Source: Polymyxa betae A26-41 (taxonomy: Eukaryota; Protista; Endomyxa: Phytomyxea). From it: DNA of 64,000 nt. The translations under genes and the position numbers were made by a program. The stretch spans positions 1-64,000 of the forward strand of contig RBZT01000480.1 of the NCBI GenBank assembly GCA_003693705.1, written 5' to 3'. Below the pieces are notes generated by a model. That model was not told where the DNA came from and searched no databases. It worked only from the letters and a program-made list of their open reading frames with translations. Below, piece by piece: positions 11,085 through 22,788 of this stretch (the first letter of the stretch is position 1; each line of letters begins with the position of its first letter).

Positions 11085-12077
11085 ATGACGACTTTCTCCT
11101 CGGACACCGGCGATATCAGCGAGGTGGTCGTATCCGTGCTCGGACAGAAGTACCGTATTCAACGATCCGTCCTGGGCCGGTATTCCGACCTGGCCGACAC
11201 GGACGCGGTCGACAATGGCGCAGCCCTGGTCATTATCGACCTTCCCGAACAGTTGGAGCTCGGCAACATCACGGTCGTCACGGCCGACGCACTCCGCAAG
11301 CTGATCCGCATCCTGGTCCTGTACGACCCGACTGATCATCGACGGTATCGATTTCAACAGGTGGAAGCTATGTGCGGATCGGTACCGCTCTGGTCCGTGG
11401 CGGCTGTTGCCCGTTCTCTACGCTGTGAGGAGGTCGCCGACGTCTGCGATGCCAAATCCGTACGCATTGAGCATGGCGGCGAGTTCGGACTCGACACATT
11501 CCGCTTCGCATTGCGTCACGGTCTCGATCATCTGCGTCGTCGTAGCGTGTTAGCCCTGATTCAGGTATGAGACTAGGGTTAGGGTTTAGGGTTGTATATG
11601 AAGGATGTGATATAGACAGACTGGGATCTTGATATCAGTATTGATCATATAGCAGACGCCCTACTAAAGCTGATAGATGATGATACAGATCTGCGTCCAT
11701 TATTGACCTCATTAGTCCGTCTATGTACTGGGACAGCGCAGCCCATCATCACCAACACCGAGCTCCTATACAGACTTGACACAGATCCGGAGTTCGAGAT
11801 CTGGTTCACGGATTTAGGTCGCATCCAGTATCTGCTGGATGTCCTGCGGGCAGGGACGGCGTGGCCTTTGCCGATGGTCCAGCACGCCAACCGCCTCGGA
11901 CAACGGTTTCGGATTGTGGGCCAGCTGGCGGGCCGGTACGATGCGCATCGGGCCCTGTTCGAAATCATGGCCCAGATTGCGGATCAGGCCACGCAGCTGT
12001 TGGTGTCATCGGCGGGGCCAGTACCACCCCCTGCCATTAAGCAGCACAGTGTAACGAAACCATCGCATGTCACGTAA
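11085..12077 (+). CDS. Divergent BTB/POZ-like protein, 2 exons
   Basis: Exons 11085-11564 and 11616-12077 join in frame. SEVVVSVLGQKYRIQRSVLGRYS resembles the BTB N-terminus, followed by BACK-like helices (FALRHGLDHLRRR). Confidence 0.6.
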
Positions 12078-12893
12078 TAATCTTTTCAAATAATGCAGTA
12101 ATGATTGGATCTGTATGGACTGTTAGAGCTGATCAGAAGCCAAATTAATGACAGAGATGGATTATAAACCCTAAACCCTTGATAGGCGTCAATCATACCA
12201 TTGGAATGATATCTCATAGCTTATGGCGGATCATAGAGTATTGAAAAGCATTCTTTATAGATTCGCAATGCAGCGCTTTACAATGTTTTAAGGCTGATTG
12301 AGACTCGTAAGAGTGTTGTCAATGAAGAAGACACGAACTATAAAGTGAATTTCTGTATGAGATCCATCATGGTCACAGCTGGAGCTGGAATGCGGCCACC
12401 TGAATCTACTGCTGCGAGAATAGATGTTTCCTGCAAATCCAAAGAACCCTAAAACCCTAACGCGGTTCCAAAATCTGTGACCATTTCCCTTCCTAGAGAA
12501 GATATCGTGGACTTGGATATCCAGGAAATTAAGACCAATTTGTTGCCGTGATAACACGTGAGATCCGTTTACAGAGTTTCGCTCTGAATATGGCTATTTT
12601 ATGTGACAAACAATGTCCACGAAAAGTCCAAAACCATTTCAGCAGTGAAGAGCGGAACTGGCGCGATAATCGGTCAATTCCTATTTCATAAAATTTGGGT
12701 TTAGCAAGAGATTTAATATACAGATATTGGGGACCTTTCTGCCGATGGGAATCGCTACAGCTGGGAGTATTGAGCTGCGTTGTGGATCATGTAGTAATCA
12801 ATGATGTTGTCGTCCATCGATTATTTCTTAGCTCTCAGTTCTCCTTAACAGTTACAGCCCTGGATACCTTTGAATATAGTTAAGTAGCGGTGA

Positions 12894-13400
12894 CCATATC
12901 GGTTGTCGGATTTCATCATGCTGTGTAGCATTAAACGGTTTCAGCAACTTCTCAATTTCCTGTTCCCGTTCGGGTTCAGGAATGACACGAATGTCTCCGC
13001 TATGCATCATGAATGTAAAAAAACCCATTGACAGAATCTCTTTAGTTACTACATACAGAGCTTAAAAACATGGCTATAAGAAGGACATTTATTTCTTTCT
13101 GTCCAGAATATGAGTGCAATAGATGGGAAAAGGTGGCGGTATTCGATATCGTAACTGATGGTGTAGCTTACCTAAACATATCTATTATTGCAGAGCAAGA
13201 CAGGATTCTTCTGCGTGAAAAGCATGATCTTCAGAAACCGCTTTTGAGACAATTTAAGGCATGCGACAAGAGTTAAAAAAGATACTGAATTTGTAGGGTT
13301 GTCGAGCAACATTGTTTAAGGCGTCTTCTTTCAAATTGTCAATCGGTGGAATTCTCGAATGAGAAAATGCGTTTAAACAGTTTCCGCATTGACTAGACGG
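12894..13400 (+). mobile_element. Degenerate hAT-like transposase fragments
   Basis: DIVTDG (13146) and IVNRWNS (~13335) resemble the hAT VTDxA and RWNS motifs. Possible terminus TAGCGGTGACCA. Frames are broken. Confidence 0.3.
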
Positions 13401-13471
13401 AGGTAGAGTCGTATGTTTCAAGATCAAGGAGGACCTAAAAATGCATCAGGGGACCCAAAAAAAAAACATAA

Positions 13472-13543
13472 TGCCGCCAGCAGGGATTGAACCTGCGACC
13501 TACCGCTTACGAAGCGGGTGCACTACCACTGTGCTATAGCGGC
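13472..13543 (-). tRNA. tRNA-Thr(CGU)
   Basis: 72-nt cloverleaf GCCGCTA..TT CGT AA..GGTTCAATCC..TGGCGGCA, with a downstream T-run Pol III terminator. Confidence 0.96.
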
Positions 13544-14275
13544 AGAGGATGGATGCAATAGACTGGATGATGACTGCATTCTATTCTCATCCTTCACATT
13601 CCTCAATTCATTTGGCATGAATCAACCTCTGAAGATTGAAAGATTATTATGCAACCGTAATGTTCGCATGCTTGCATCCATATTATAAGTTCTTGATGTT
13701 TACGTTATCGATATATTTGCGGCTAGTAACAGATTGTCAGATTCTGCTGCCTTCAAATCTTCGCAAGAAGTGGTACTGGCTTTCTCGAATGACTGAAATT
13801 CGGTAGCTTGTGGAGATTTGCAAATTCCGCAGGAAGGATTGTTGTATACTCTCCATGAAAATCTTGATTACCAGATATAAAGCAATATAATTTCACAACT
13901 TGGTTTCTCCTGTTGTTTGCAGTCAAATAAGTTATTAGTAGAACGTATTCTTCATAAAAATTATTTTGAGGGAAACGGTCACGGAGGAAAGGGGCAGAGG
14001 GGCTCTGCCCCCCTCCCCCGAAGCTCTTACGAATCCCTCGGATTTGTTCGACAGTCTGACTACTCTCTTCCCCCGCACATAAAGCTTCTTCTGTACATTC
14101 GAGGGTCGATTATCTTCTTCAGTTTGGCGTTATGTATTCTCTCTGCCACAAGGCATAGGCGCTTTATTCGAGGAAGCCAAATGTATGCTTTATATTCGAT
14201 GGCTGACTATATAAGTAAGATATCACGATTACCAAACAAAAATCGCTTAACTTTTAAAAGATTTACGATACATCT

Positions 14276-14635
14276 TCAGGTTTTAATTGCCCATTTATAA
14301 TGCACCAAAGCAAGTTCAAATACGCTGCATTTTGAAGGCTGCTCAGCCTCATAACTCGATGTCAGATCTTGCTCAGGGTCTGATACATGAACTGGCACGG
14401 AATACGCTGCGTTGATGCAGAAGAACTCGATTTGCGATGGAGCCACTTCGCCTTCACTGACAGCGCTAACATTCTGCCTATCGACATTATCCTGGATTTC
14501 TGGATGTTCGAACATCTCTTTAGCGATAACCTTCATTATATCAGAGACAGCCACATTCAATGCGTGGCTTAAACAGTAAAAGACGTTTTCACTAGATGTC
14601 CGGATGTTTCCATTCAAGTCGCAAACTTGGTCCAT
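14276..14635 (-). mobile_element. hAT transposase fragment
   Basis: FYCLSHALNVAVSDIM matches the hAT CxxHxLNLxVxD motif. The rest is decayed. Confidence 0.45.
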
Positions 14636-15874
14636 TGCATACAGATTAGACGGAGTTCCGAAATCTTCGTATTCGCTGGAAGCGACTCTCTCAAAGGGGC
14701 GTGAAGTTCTCCCTGATTCCGAAATTGACGAAATTTCGCAAATCTTGATCGTTTTTTTGTAGTTTCGTCCCCCACAGACTTATCTATCTCTCACCTCATT
14801 AGGTGGCCATCTGATAAGAATCATAAGATGGTGCTTTCGAATTTTTGTTTCTGGCTGTGCACATCTCCGGGTTGTCTAAGGCGCTGGCGATATAATCATC
14901 GTAATTCCGTTCGTTTGCTATCTGGAACCCCGGTTAATTGCAACCTCCAGCGGCAAAGTAAACTGCTTAAAGGTGGAAGAATCTCCGATTAATTTCTTAG
15001 TACGAATTGCTGTTCATGCAGCACCTGCAAAAGAGCAAAATGTGTCGCCTATATCGCTTATTAATGGCGTAACAACCCGAATAAAAAAACTAACAAACAA
15101 ACAAAAGTACACTGGTCATTTGAGGAGGAGTAATTCTCACAAACTCGCATTCATCTAGAATCTCTAAATCGGTAGATTTGGATCTCTGCGACGACGACAG
15201 TCTCTGAATGCCTCACAACAATCTGTTCTTCCCATTCAAATTTTTACCTGGCATAATATCAATCAGTGATCTGTTGTTGCAACTCAGCAACTCACAATGT
15301 CCCGGAGGTGATACTGCCGTTTGATAGGACTCGTCCTCACGCTTCCCCTATCGACAGCTACAGCCAATCGCTAAGATGAGGCTTTTGACGACAAGCCTTG
15401 ATGCCGGGAATCGAGGCTCATCTTGGTTTTTAACTTCAAAGTTTTATTTGGGAATAAAAATTACTCAAAAAGCCAAGTGATCATAATTCAGAGTTTGTGC
15501 AAATTGGTTATGTAAGCCTCCCCTACACGACATTCCTGACACAGGCACTGGGCAGATAGTATTAAGTGGTCGTTTGTCCTGCTATTATGTGAATGATGGC
15601 CTCGTTGAATGGTGCTTTACCAGAGCCAAAAACGTTGCAATGCTCTGGTAATACACTGTTTGGCAAGTTTTTGACTTATTTTTCCCCTGAACAAGGCATA
15701 CGTTTTATCGGATTCTCAATGCGTCAGGACGATAGATGCTTAAAAATGTTGCAGCGTTGGTCCATTCGAATACAGTATTTTGACCATAGAAGTTAAATTG
15801 GCTAACAATCGTTTCCAAAATAAACTTCAAAATATATGCGATGAGGATGGCATCAGCAGAGAAATCGATCTAGT

Positions 15875-16729
15875 TTACTTAGTATTTATTGAACGATAGA
15901 ATGCAATCGTTCGGTAAAGACCAAGAAGACAGTACAGAACTGCAATAAACAACGATACCATCTTTCTTGGGACACTACAGGTCCACGCTACAAGCAGCCA
16001 TTGCGATAAACCCGCTAATAACGTACATAGAGCTCGCATAGATTCGAACACCTTGATGCTCAATCCAGTACCCGATCTATTAACAGGAAACAGCTGAAGA
16101 AACCCCCATGAGAGGGCTCCACCAAACGTAATCCACCTAAGAGCTCACAATGATTAAGGTAACATGAATGCAATGTTACAACCAACCAGAACACGGCCGA
16201 AGTGCAGCCAGTCTTCTCTCCGGACATAGCTGCCAGCACCAGACAGATGACAGAATTCAACAGAAACGTAACCGACGTCGAATAGTTGACAAATGTGCCG
16301 TCCCCGCCTGTAACGTGATTGAGAGCGGAACACACTGGATCGTATTGATAACGTTACGAGTTGAAACAAGTGCAGATGCGGGCACTGGAGGAGTTGGAGT
16401 CACAATGTTCTGGAGATAATCTGGTGAGAAACTGAACGAGCCCGACTCTAGATCTGTCCGTCTAACGTTACAATCACCGAATACGCATGACTAACGTTAC
16501 CGCAGACCTTCACTGATCTCGTTACCGATACTGGAGTCAATATCATTCTCAAAGTAGCGTTTGGTGTGGCTGGAGCCGGCTTCATCTTCAGATACGACTG
16601 CAGCCAACGCATCTGAAACCAGTCAGCCAGTTAGTATTGCGTTACTTCAAGTAACGTGTTCTTACGAGGAAGCGCCAGGACAGCTACGAGGACCAGGACG
16701 AGTACGCAGGGAGAGGAGGCGGGGGTCAT
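15875..16729 (-). CDS. Signal-peptide + 4-TM membrane protein, family copy B (215 aa, 5 exons)
   Basis: Exons 16729-16666, 16612-16508, 16453-16358, 16307-16187, 16136-15875. Introns 50-54 nt GT-AG, phases 1,1,1,2. MTPASSPCVLVLVLVAVLALPHALA..DLESGS..TM..FWWITFGG..3 more TM. Confidence 0.75.
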
Positions 16730-18047
16730 GTCGATCGGATCGGGATTATTTGATATGTTGGCGCAGTCCGTACACTGGCCGAATCACCGGAAACATTTGG
16801 CAGCACAGGTAATATAATAAAGTTTCCGTCGTATTCTGGGAATGATTGGGGATGTTCTTTATCCTCTTTATCAGTTTCGTTCAGGTATGCGGTTATGACA
16901 ACGGGAGCAGGAATATCAGATTCATCCGCAGATATGGCTCTCGTACTCACGAATATTGAATGCGCGTATAACACACAAAGTCGTAGAGAGCAACGCACCG
17001 ATATCCAGGACGAATGTAATGAGCTCTGTTGTGACTAACTTCGACCATGTGCGATATGTTGAAGTCGGATGAAGACTCGAGGCTGTTATCCTATCCCAAT
17101 CTGAGCCCTTAGCAAAAAAGAGCTTGTGCTTAAAATCACCTGCTGTACTGTCTGTATATTATTGAAATTTCATAATGCTGAGGCTAGACATGGAATTACC
17201 TCGAAATCATCTTCTTGATCCTTATCAAACTAGATGTAATCTACGACAAACCGTCATCAATGTACCACTGGATCTCGTTATATAAGATATCCAAGCATTG
17301 ATCTCTAAAGATTCTATGCAAATCATTTCAGGTCACATGTCGTTACCAACAGTATTGATAAGTTGTCGTAAAAACTGTTAGCCGTCAGCTAAGCCATTGA
17401 AAATTTGAAAAAAACAGCTTATTTAGGGCAAAAACATGTATTCTTCGATTTTGAAGGTAGCCAGAGAGTGGTTGCAATGACGATCCCGGAAACGCTTTTA
17501 TTCTTGCTTTATTTGCATCCCCATAATGGTCAGACAGTAATCTGAAGCCCAAGAATAGTGACGAGACTTATGATTATAATCGAATGGATCCAAGCTGAGG
17601 TCCCGTAGTATCTGGTGAATGAAGTTCAGAAATATAGCTCCGAGTCCGTTGCTGAACGAGGGCGGCATTCCAGCTAGACGGGGCAGTTTATCGATGGTGG
17701 CAACCATACAAAACCGACGTATTCAAGATGTTGGACGCCATAATCTGGACCCTTCAATATGGCGGTACTGCATAGCTCAATTTAACACGCTCTGGTAGGT
17801 AGCCAGCTTTTTATACAAGAGGCTGCGCTGATAGGTGCTCATTTCAAGAGGTTCCGCCACCCATCCCCCCCTTCAGTTGATACGTAAGGATGGGCCTATA
17901 GTGCCCCATACAATGTCGAGCCCTAAAATGACATGTTTATGATACATCAAATGTTAAACATGGGTCTGAGAGGGTCTCTTAGTCTCACTCTCTCTCACTC
18001 ACATATCTCTATTCGAAATCCGAATCGTCTTAGATATGGTAGATCGA

Positions 18048-18838
18048 ATGGATGGCGTAGTGGGGGTCGGCGACTCTCCGGCCCAGAATTCTGCTGAGAT
18101 GGCTCCAAGGGCTGACCTCAGTGTATTTTCTTGCATCCAGTGCCGCACCATTATTGCTGATTCGACTAACCTTCTCGACTCGAACGACAAATATGAAATC
18201 ATTATAGTTAACTCTGCCAACAATATTCATATAGGCAATGAAAATGTAAGCAATCCTGTCTCAACTTGTCGCATTTCAATTTGCATCGTTTGGGCTTGTA
18301 AAGATTATATTGGGGTTTATGGTTTCAGTATTGCTCTTAATTGTTTTATGTCATTTCCAAGCTTCTAACAGCATTGCGATCTGATTTTCATGAATGCAGC
18401 CAATTATGTCACGAGAAGGATTTGATGCGATGACAGTCTATTTCGAGGTTCGTTGCTCGGAATGCCGTTGCACCCTGGGACGACAGTATTTCTGTACGCC
18501 TGCTCATATGGATTGCTATCGGTGAGCAATACAGATTCTTCTGTCTGAAAAGTACTAATCGTGATTTTCAGGAATATGTTCACATTGTCCTCTAATGCCG
18601 TTTCTATGTAACTAACTGCACTGCTACCGCAGCCCTCATTTACTGATTCTTTGCTTGCGTTAGGTATACGATTGGGTCCAGTCGTGGTGCTGTGCCGCTA
18701 ACCGATAAAGAGGCGAGAGGTAGTTTGCCTACTCTTCAAGATGTTCATCGTCAATATGAACGTTTGAGCGAGATCGTCATGATTTTATTGGAACGATTTG
18801 ACAGCATGGATGGCTCCATCCATCAATCGCAAACTTGA
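18048..18838 (+). CDS. MIS18: Mis18 / Yippee-family centromere protein, 4 exons
   Basis: VFSCIQCRTIIADS ... VRCSECRCTLGRQY..TPAHMDCYRNMFTL..YTIGS followed by a C-terminal helix. Canonical introns (first one 18246-18399). Confidence 0.85.
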
Positions 18839-19359
18839 ATCTGCAATTATTCTGCTGTGTACGATAAACCGAATCAAATTCTCTGATGGGTGAGATTTCT
18901 CATTGTCTTTGTCTTTGATCCGGATGATTAGCGGCTCGTAGCATTAAAGCATGAGAAACGATTGAGGACACATTGTTGTGATGACTGACAGATGGGGACG
19001 GTTACAACCATGCTATAAGAATTGAAGTTCTCAATTGCCAAGGCATTTAAATGACTTTCGTGACAGCAGAAAATGCATATCTGAAAACATCAAAGATTGG
19101 AAGATGACACGTTTTAGATTTTGCTATTCAGCCGATTGCATAAACCAGCAGCACAAGATCTGCAGATGCATAACAGTTGGAGACCGTTTGGGCCTCTCAC
19201 ATTGATGGTTGGCCTCTCGAAGCTGCGGCCGAGAGAGTAAGTCTGCATGACCTGCAGAAAATGACATTTAAGGGCTTATCAAGCACAATAGCAGCATGAG
19301 CAATCTGCAAAAAAGCAAAGAGCAAGAAATGCTTTCGATTCTGTTTGCAAAAAAAAGGA

Positions 19360-19430
19360 TGCGCCATCCGGGAATCGAACCCGGACCAACTCGTTGGCAA
19401 CGAGCTATTGTACCATTCAACCAATGGCGC
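19360..19430 (-). tRNA. tRNA-Gly(GCC)
   Basis: 71-nt cloverleaf GCGCCAT..TT GCC AA..GGTTCGATTCC..ATGGCGCA, followed by a T-run. Confidence 0.96.
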
Positions 19431-19954
19431 TGTCTTGTTATGGTTTCACTTTGACAGCGGCAATGGCAACCTCAATTACTCATTACTTTGGATTAGAGAT
19501 AATGATATAGTAGTTTTTGAATCCCAAAGTGTTAAGCCCGTCAGAGAACTAGCAGAGAATTAACGGAAATCCTCTAAGATGTTTGCTAACGTTGTTTAGG
19601 ATGGGAATTCTGGACATATTCTGCATTCAGACCATCAATGAAATGATATTGTCCTCGCTAACAAGAAGTTGCAGTAAGCAGTACCTCAGTCTATATATAT
19701 ATATTGACTTCCAGCATCTGATGGAGCGAGCTGCTGTTCGAGTAATTTTGTAACGCTCCCAAGCTGATGTCGTGTGGAGCTTCGCATGAGATCATGGGAT
19801 TCCCAAATCGATACCAACAAGAACATAATGAAAATCTGCACTATATCGCTGCCCGTTATCATGACTTAGTTGTAGAAATATTGAGCTAAAACGCAGCGAG
19901 CATTCATGTATTAAAATTTTGTCGGTTAACGTGACATACGATCGAAGCGATTTC

Positions 19955-20616
19955 TTATATGAAAGATACGGCCATTCTACAGGCAAACATGAAGAAGAGA
20001 TATATAGCGATCATCACTGATATACAGGACTGAAATCCATGTTGAGCACCAAATGCAAGTGATAATTGTGCGATACACAGTGATAAAGGTGACGTAAACT
20101 GGTTGCTCGAATATATGGATTTAGGTCCGTTGCAAGTAGACGGTAATGGATCAAACGGAAACCATGCAAGGCTAAGAATCAGCCCGAGCCACCTAACGCA
20201 GTTAGTCAGGTATGACCGTAACGTCATAACGTTACATTTGCCAGATGGTATCAGAGATATATTGGCCTTGAGCACGGCTAAATAGGGTGTAAAGAGAGTA
20301 TGATGATATGAAGATACTGAATAGCAAACCGACGGCGAATTTCGGCATAGAGCCGGATAAAGCTGGTAACATTATCAGTTGGTGAAAGCAAAGCACAACA
20401 GTATACAGTCGAACATGAGCGCGTAACGTTAACTGAACAGTCTACACTGGAGGTCGACTGTGTTTGAGGCAGGTCCGGTACGATCAGCTCGGCAGATGGC
20501 TGATCAGTCCCGTTAACAGCTCGGACATCTGTAAACATAGAGTCAGCGATATGTAACGTCTAGTGAGGTAACAAACTCGGAACAGTAAAGGCAAGGATTA
20601 GAATCGCCAACAGCAT
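19955..20616 (-). CDS. Signal-peptide + 4-TM membrane protein, family copy C (170 aa, 4 exons)
   Basis: Exons 20616-20577, 20528-20415, 20362-20242, 20192-19955, phases 1,1,2. The last intron is GC-AG. MLLAILILAFTVPNVRA..TM..IWWLGLILSLAW.. Confidence 0.62.
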
Positions 20617-20955
20617 GATTGTGGAGATGTCCTCAGATAGGGATATTCAAGTTTGCGCTCACGCAGAAATGAAGACAGATTTAATCGGATCATCTGATAC
20701 TTGCCAAGTCGGACTCATTATAAGAGTGATGGTTGAGAGGCTGTGCTGAAAATCAGCATCTAGTAGACAAGAGACTTCCGGTCCCATCATCATCAGTATG
20801 GACGAGGGTCTAGGGTTTTAGCAGCATGCTTTTAGTGCATTACTATACTATGTTATATGAGGTCCATCCAATATTTGGATATAGAGGCCAGCCATACATG
20901 TCGTTATGATAGAGAGAGGAGATGGGCGCGTGTGCTCTCTGTCTCAGAATCCGAA

Positions 20956-22020
20956 ATGAATCTTGGAGAAGGTTCAAGTCAGTTCGGGACGTTTCCCCCA
21001 CTACGGCCGCGGGCTTCGTCCACGTCATCAACACCACAGACGCAACCGGTTTCCGCAACGTTACCAGCTCCGACCCGTTCCATACTAAGCAGTGTGCTCT
21101 CTCGTAGTAGTGCACGCGGTTCAGCATCATCTCCGCAGCGAAATCTGCCCAATACTACGACCATACAGACCTCGAGATCAAACACGGCCCGGTCTGCCCG
21201 ATCACCCGAGAAAAATCCGGCTGAGGTCGCCGCTCAATCGCCGCCGCAGAAACTTGCGTCACCGAAATCGGAGCCGCCTCGGTCACCTGCACCTCAAACC
21301 CTAAACCCTAACCAAAAGCCCAATGATTCCATCGACGATCAACGCCGCCCATCAGGCTCGCATCGCATCGAAATCTCATCGACACGGCGACGTTCACGGA
21401 GGTCGCCGAAAAATGCTTCGGGAGGCGGCGGCGGGCCAGTAAGGTCTCCGCGCACAAGACGCCGCCATCGGATCCGGGCTGCGGCCACCGTCCTGGCCCT
21501 GGCTGTGGCCGCGGGCATCGCCCTGGCTGTAGTCCTGCTCCTGAAATCCGGGTCCAGCACGACGTCGTCCGCGACGCCGGCCACGGACTCGAATACGGTC
21601 ACAGGACAGGTGCAGATTAGCGTTACAGATCCATGTGCCTATATTGAACTGACAAATCCATCTACAAAACCATCGACTGGGTATGTACGACCACAACCTG
21701 GTCCATTCAATTGGCGGGTTTTTTTCATAGGTTAGGGTTTAGGGTTTATGTTGTTATATTACCATATCAGATTCTTGAACGAGATATTCACCTCCGAATA
21801 CGACAGGTGGAGTATTACGTTACCAATGGCAACCGATTGCAAGCTGGGTAACGTATGGGGTGGTAAAACGGCTCGTACTGGCCCGCAGCTGGAGATCCAG
21901 GCTCCCGATAATGATAAAGTGATTGGACCTGGTCAGAAAGCAGCTCAAATTGGATTCTGTGTATCATCATGTATATTACATATTGATCAATCAAATACTA
22001 TAGCTATTATATCTGTATAA
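20956..22020 (+). CDS. Type II membrane protein with Ser/Pro/Arg-rich N-terminus and C-terminal CBM2-like domain
   Basis: One TM (AAATVLALAVAAGIALAVVLLL) after a basic cluster. Intron 21681-21806 joins YIELTNPSTKPSTG to WSITLP..LGNVWGG..VIGPGQKAAQIGFCVS, a CBM2/CBM49-type pattern. Confidence 0.65.
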
Positions 22021-22788
22021 TAATCAAACATGTCTTGTACAATCACCTCACATGCCTCAGTTGTCCAGGGAACCAAGACAAATAATAAATCCTACGTGTC
22101 TATATTCAATCGATATCTTGATATATGGAGAATTTTACCGAATTGTTATGTTTATTCTCTTTTACGATGTTGAATCTGAGCCCAATAATCGTTATACATT
22201 ATACCCTTTGAAGGTTGAAATCTCCGCCGAACGCTGGTGAGGTGAAGCTTTTGGAGGTCGCGCAATGGTGACCGACTGTGTTCATCAGTCAGAAAAGGAT
22301 TTCAGGTTTTCCATTCAAGAATTACAGTATCTCCGGCTATTGCTGTCAGCCAGGGTTGAGGGTCTTATTGAGGTTTCTATGATTTTGAGCCGTGAGGGTC
22401 TTACTTAACAGACTTAAAAAAAGCGAAGGAATCTCATTTCAAATGAGGTACTGATGTAAGAGCTTAGGCGGATTGGAATTCAGCAATTACAACTTGTTTG
22501 GGCTTGCTTAAGCGCTCTAAATGGTATTTTGCAATTCCTGATAAAATCCTTGACGACGAAGCGAATACGGAAACAGAATAGGTTCTAACAGCTCTTTAGT
22601 AACTGGCTCGGCAGGTCTCCCGAGCACACTAAACTTGCAGCCGGCCGTACTGCCTTAATCTCGAGCAGGCCCGCCGCAATTCCATCGTTATGATACCTTA
22701 AGAATATGAATATCAATAGATCAAGGAGTCTTCCTATTCATTAAAGTGCACTATGTTTTCAAAACAGTTTTTATCGCGCAAAACTCTA

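Noticed and set aside
11574-11593. Telomeric repeats as a chromosome end or fusion site
   Set aside because: Only 2-3 units, scattered in both orientations within intact genes.
15243-15260. TTACCTGGCA as the U1 snRNA 5' end
   Set aside because: The following sequence lacks U1 stem-loops and an Sm site.
16726-16998. 90-aa minus-strand ORF
   Set aside because: Non-ATG start, lies in the promoter of family copy B, no motif.
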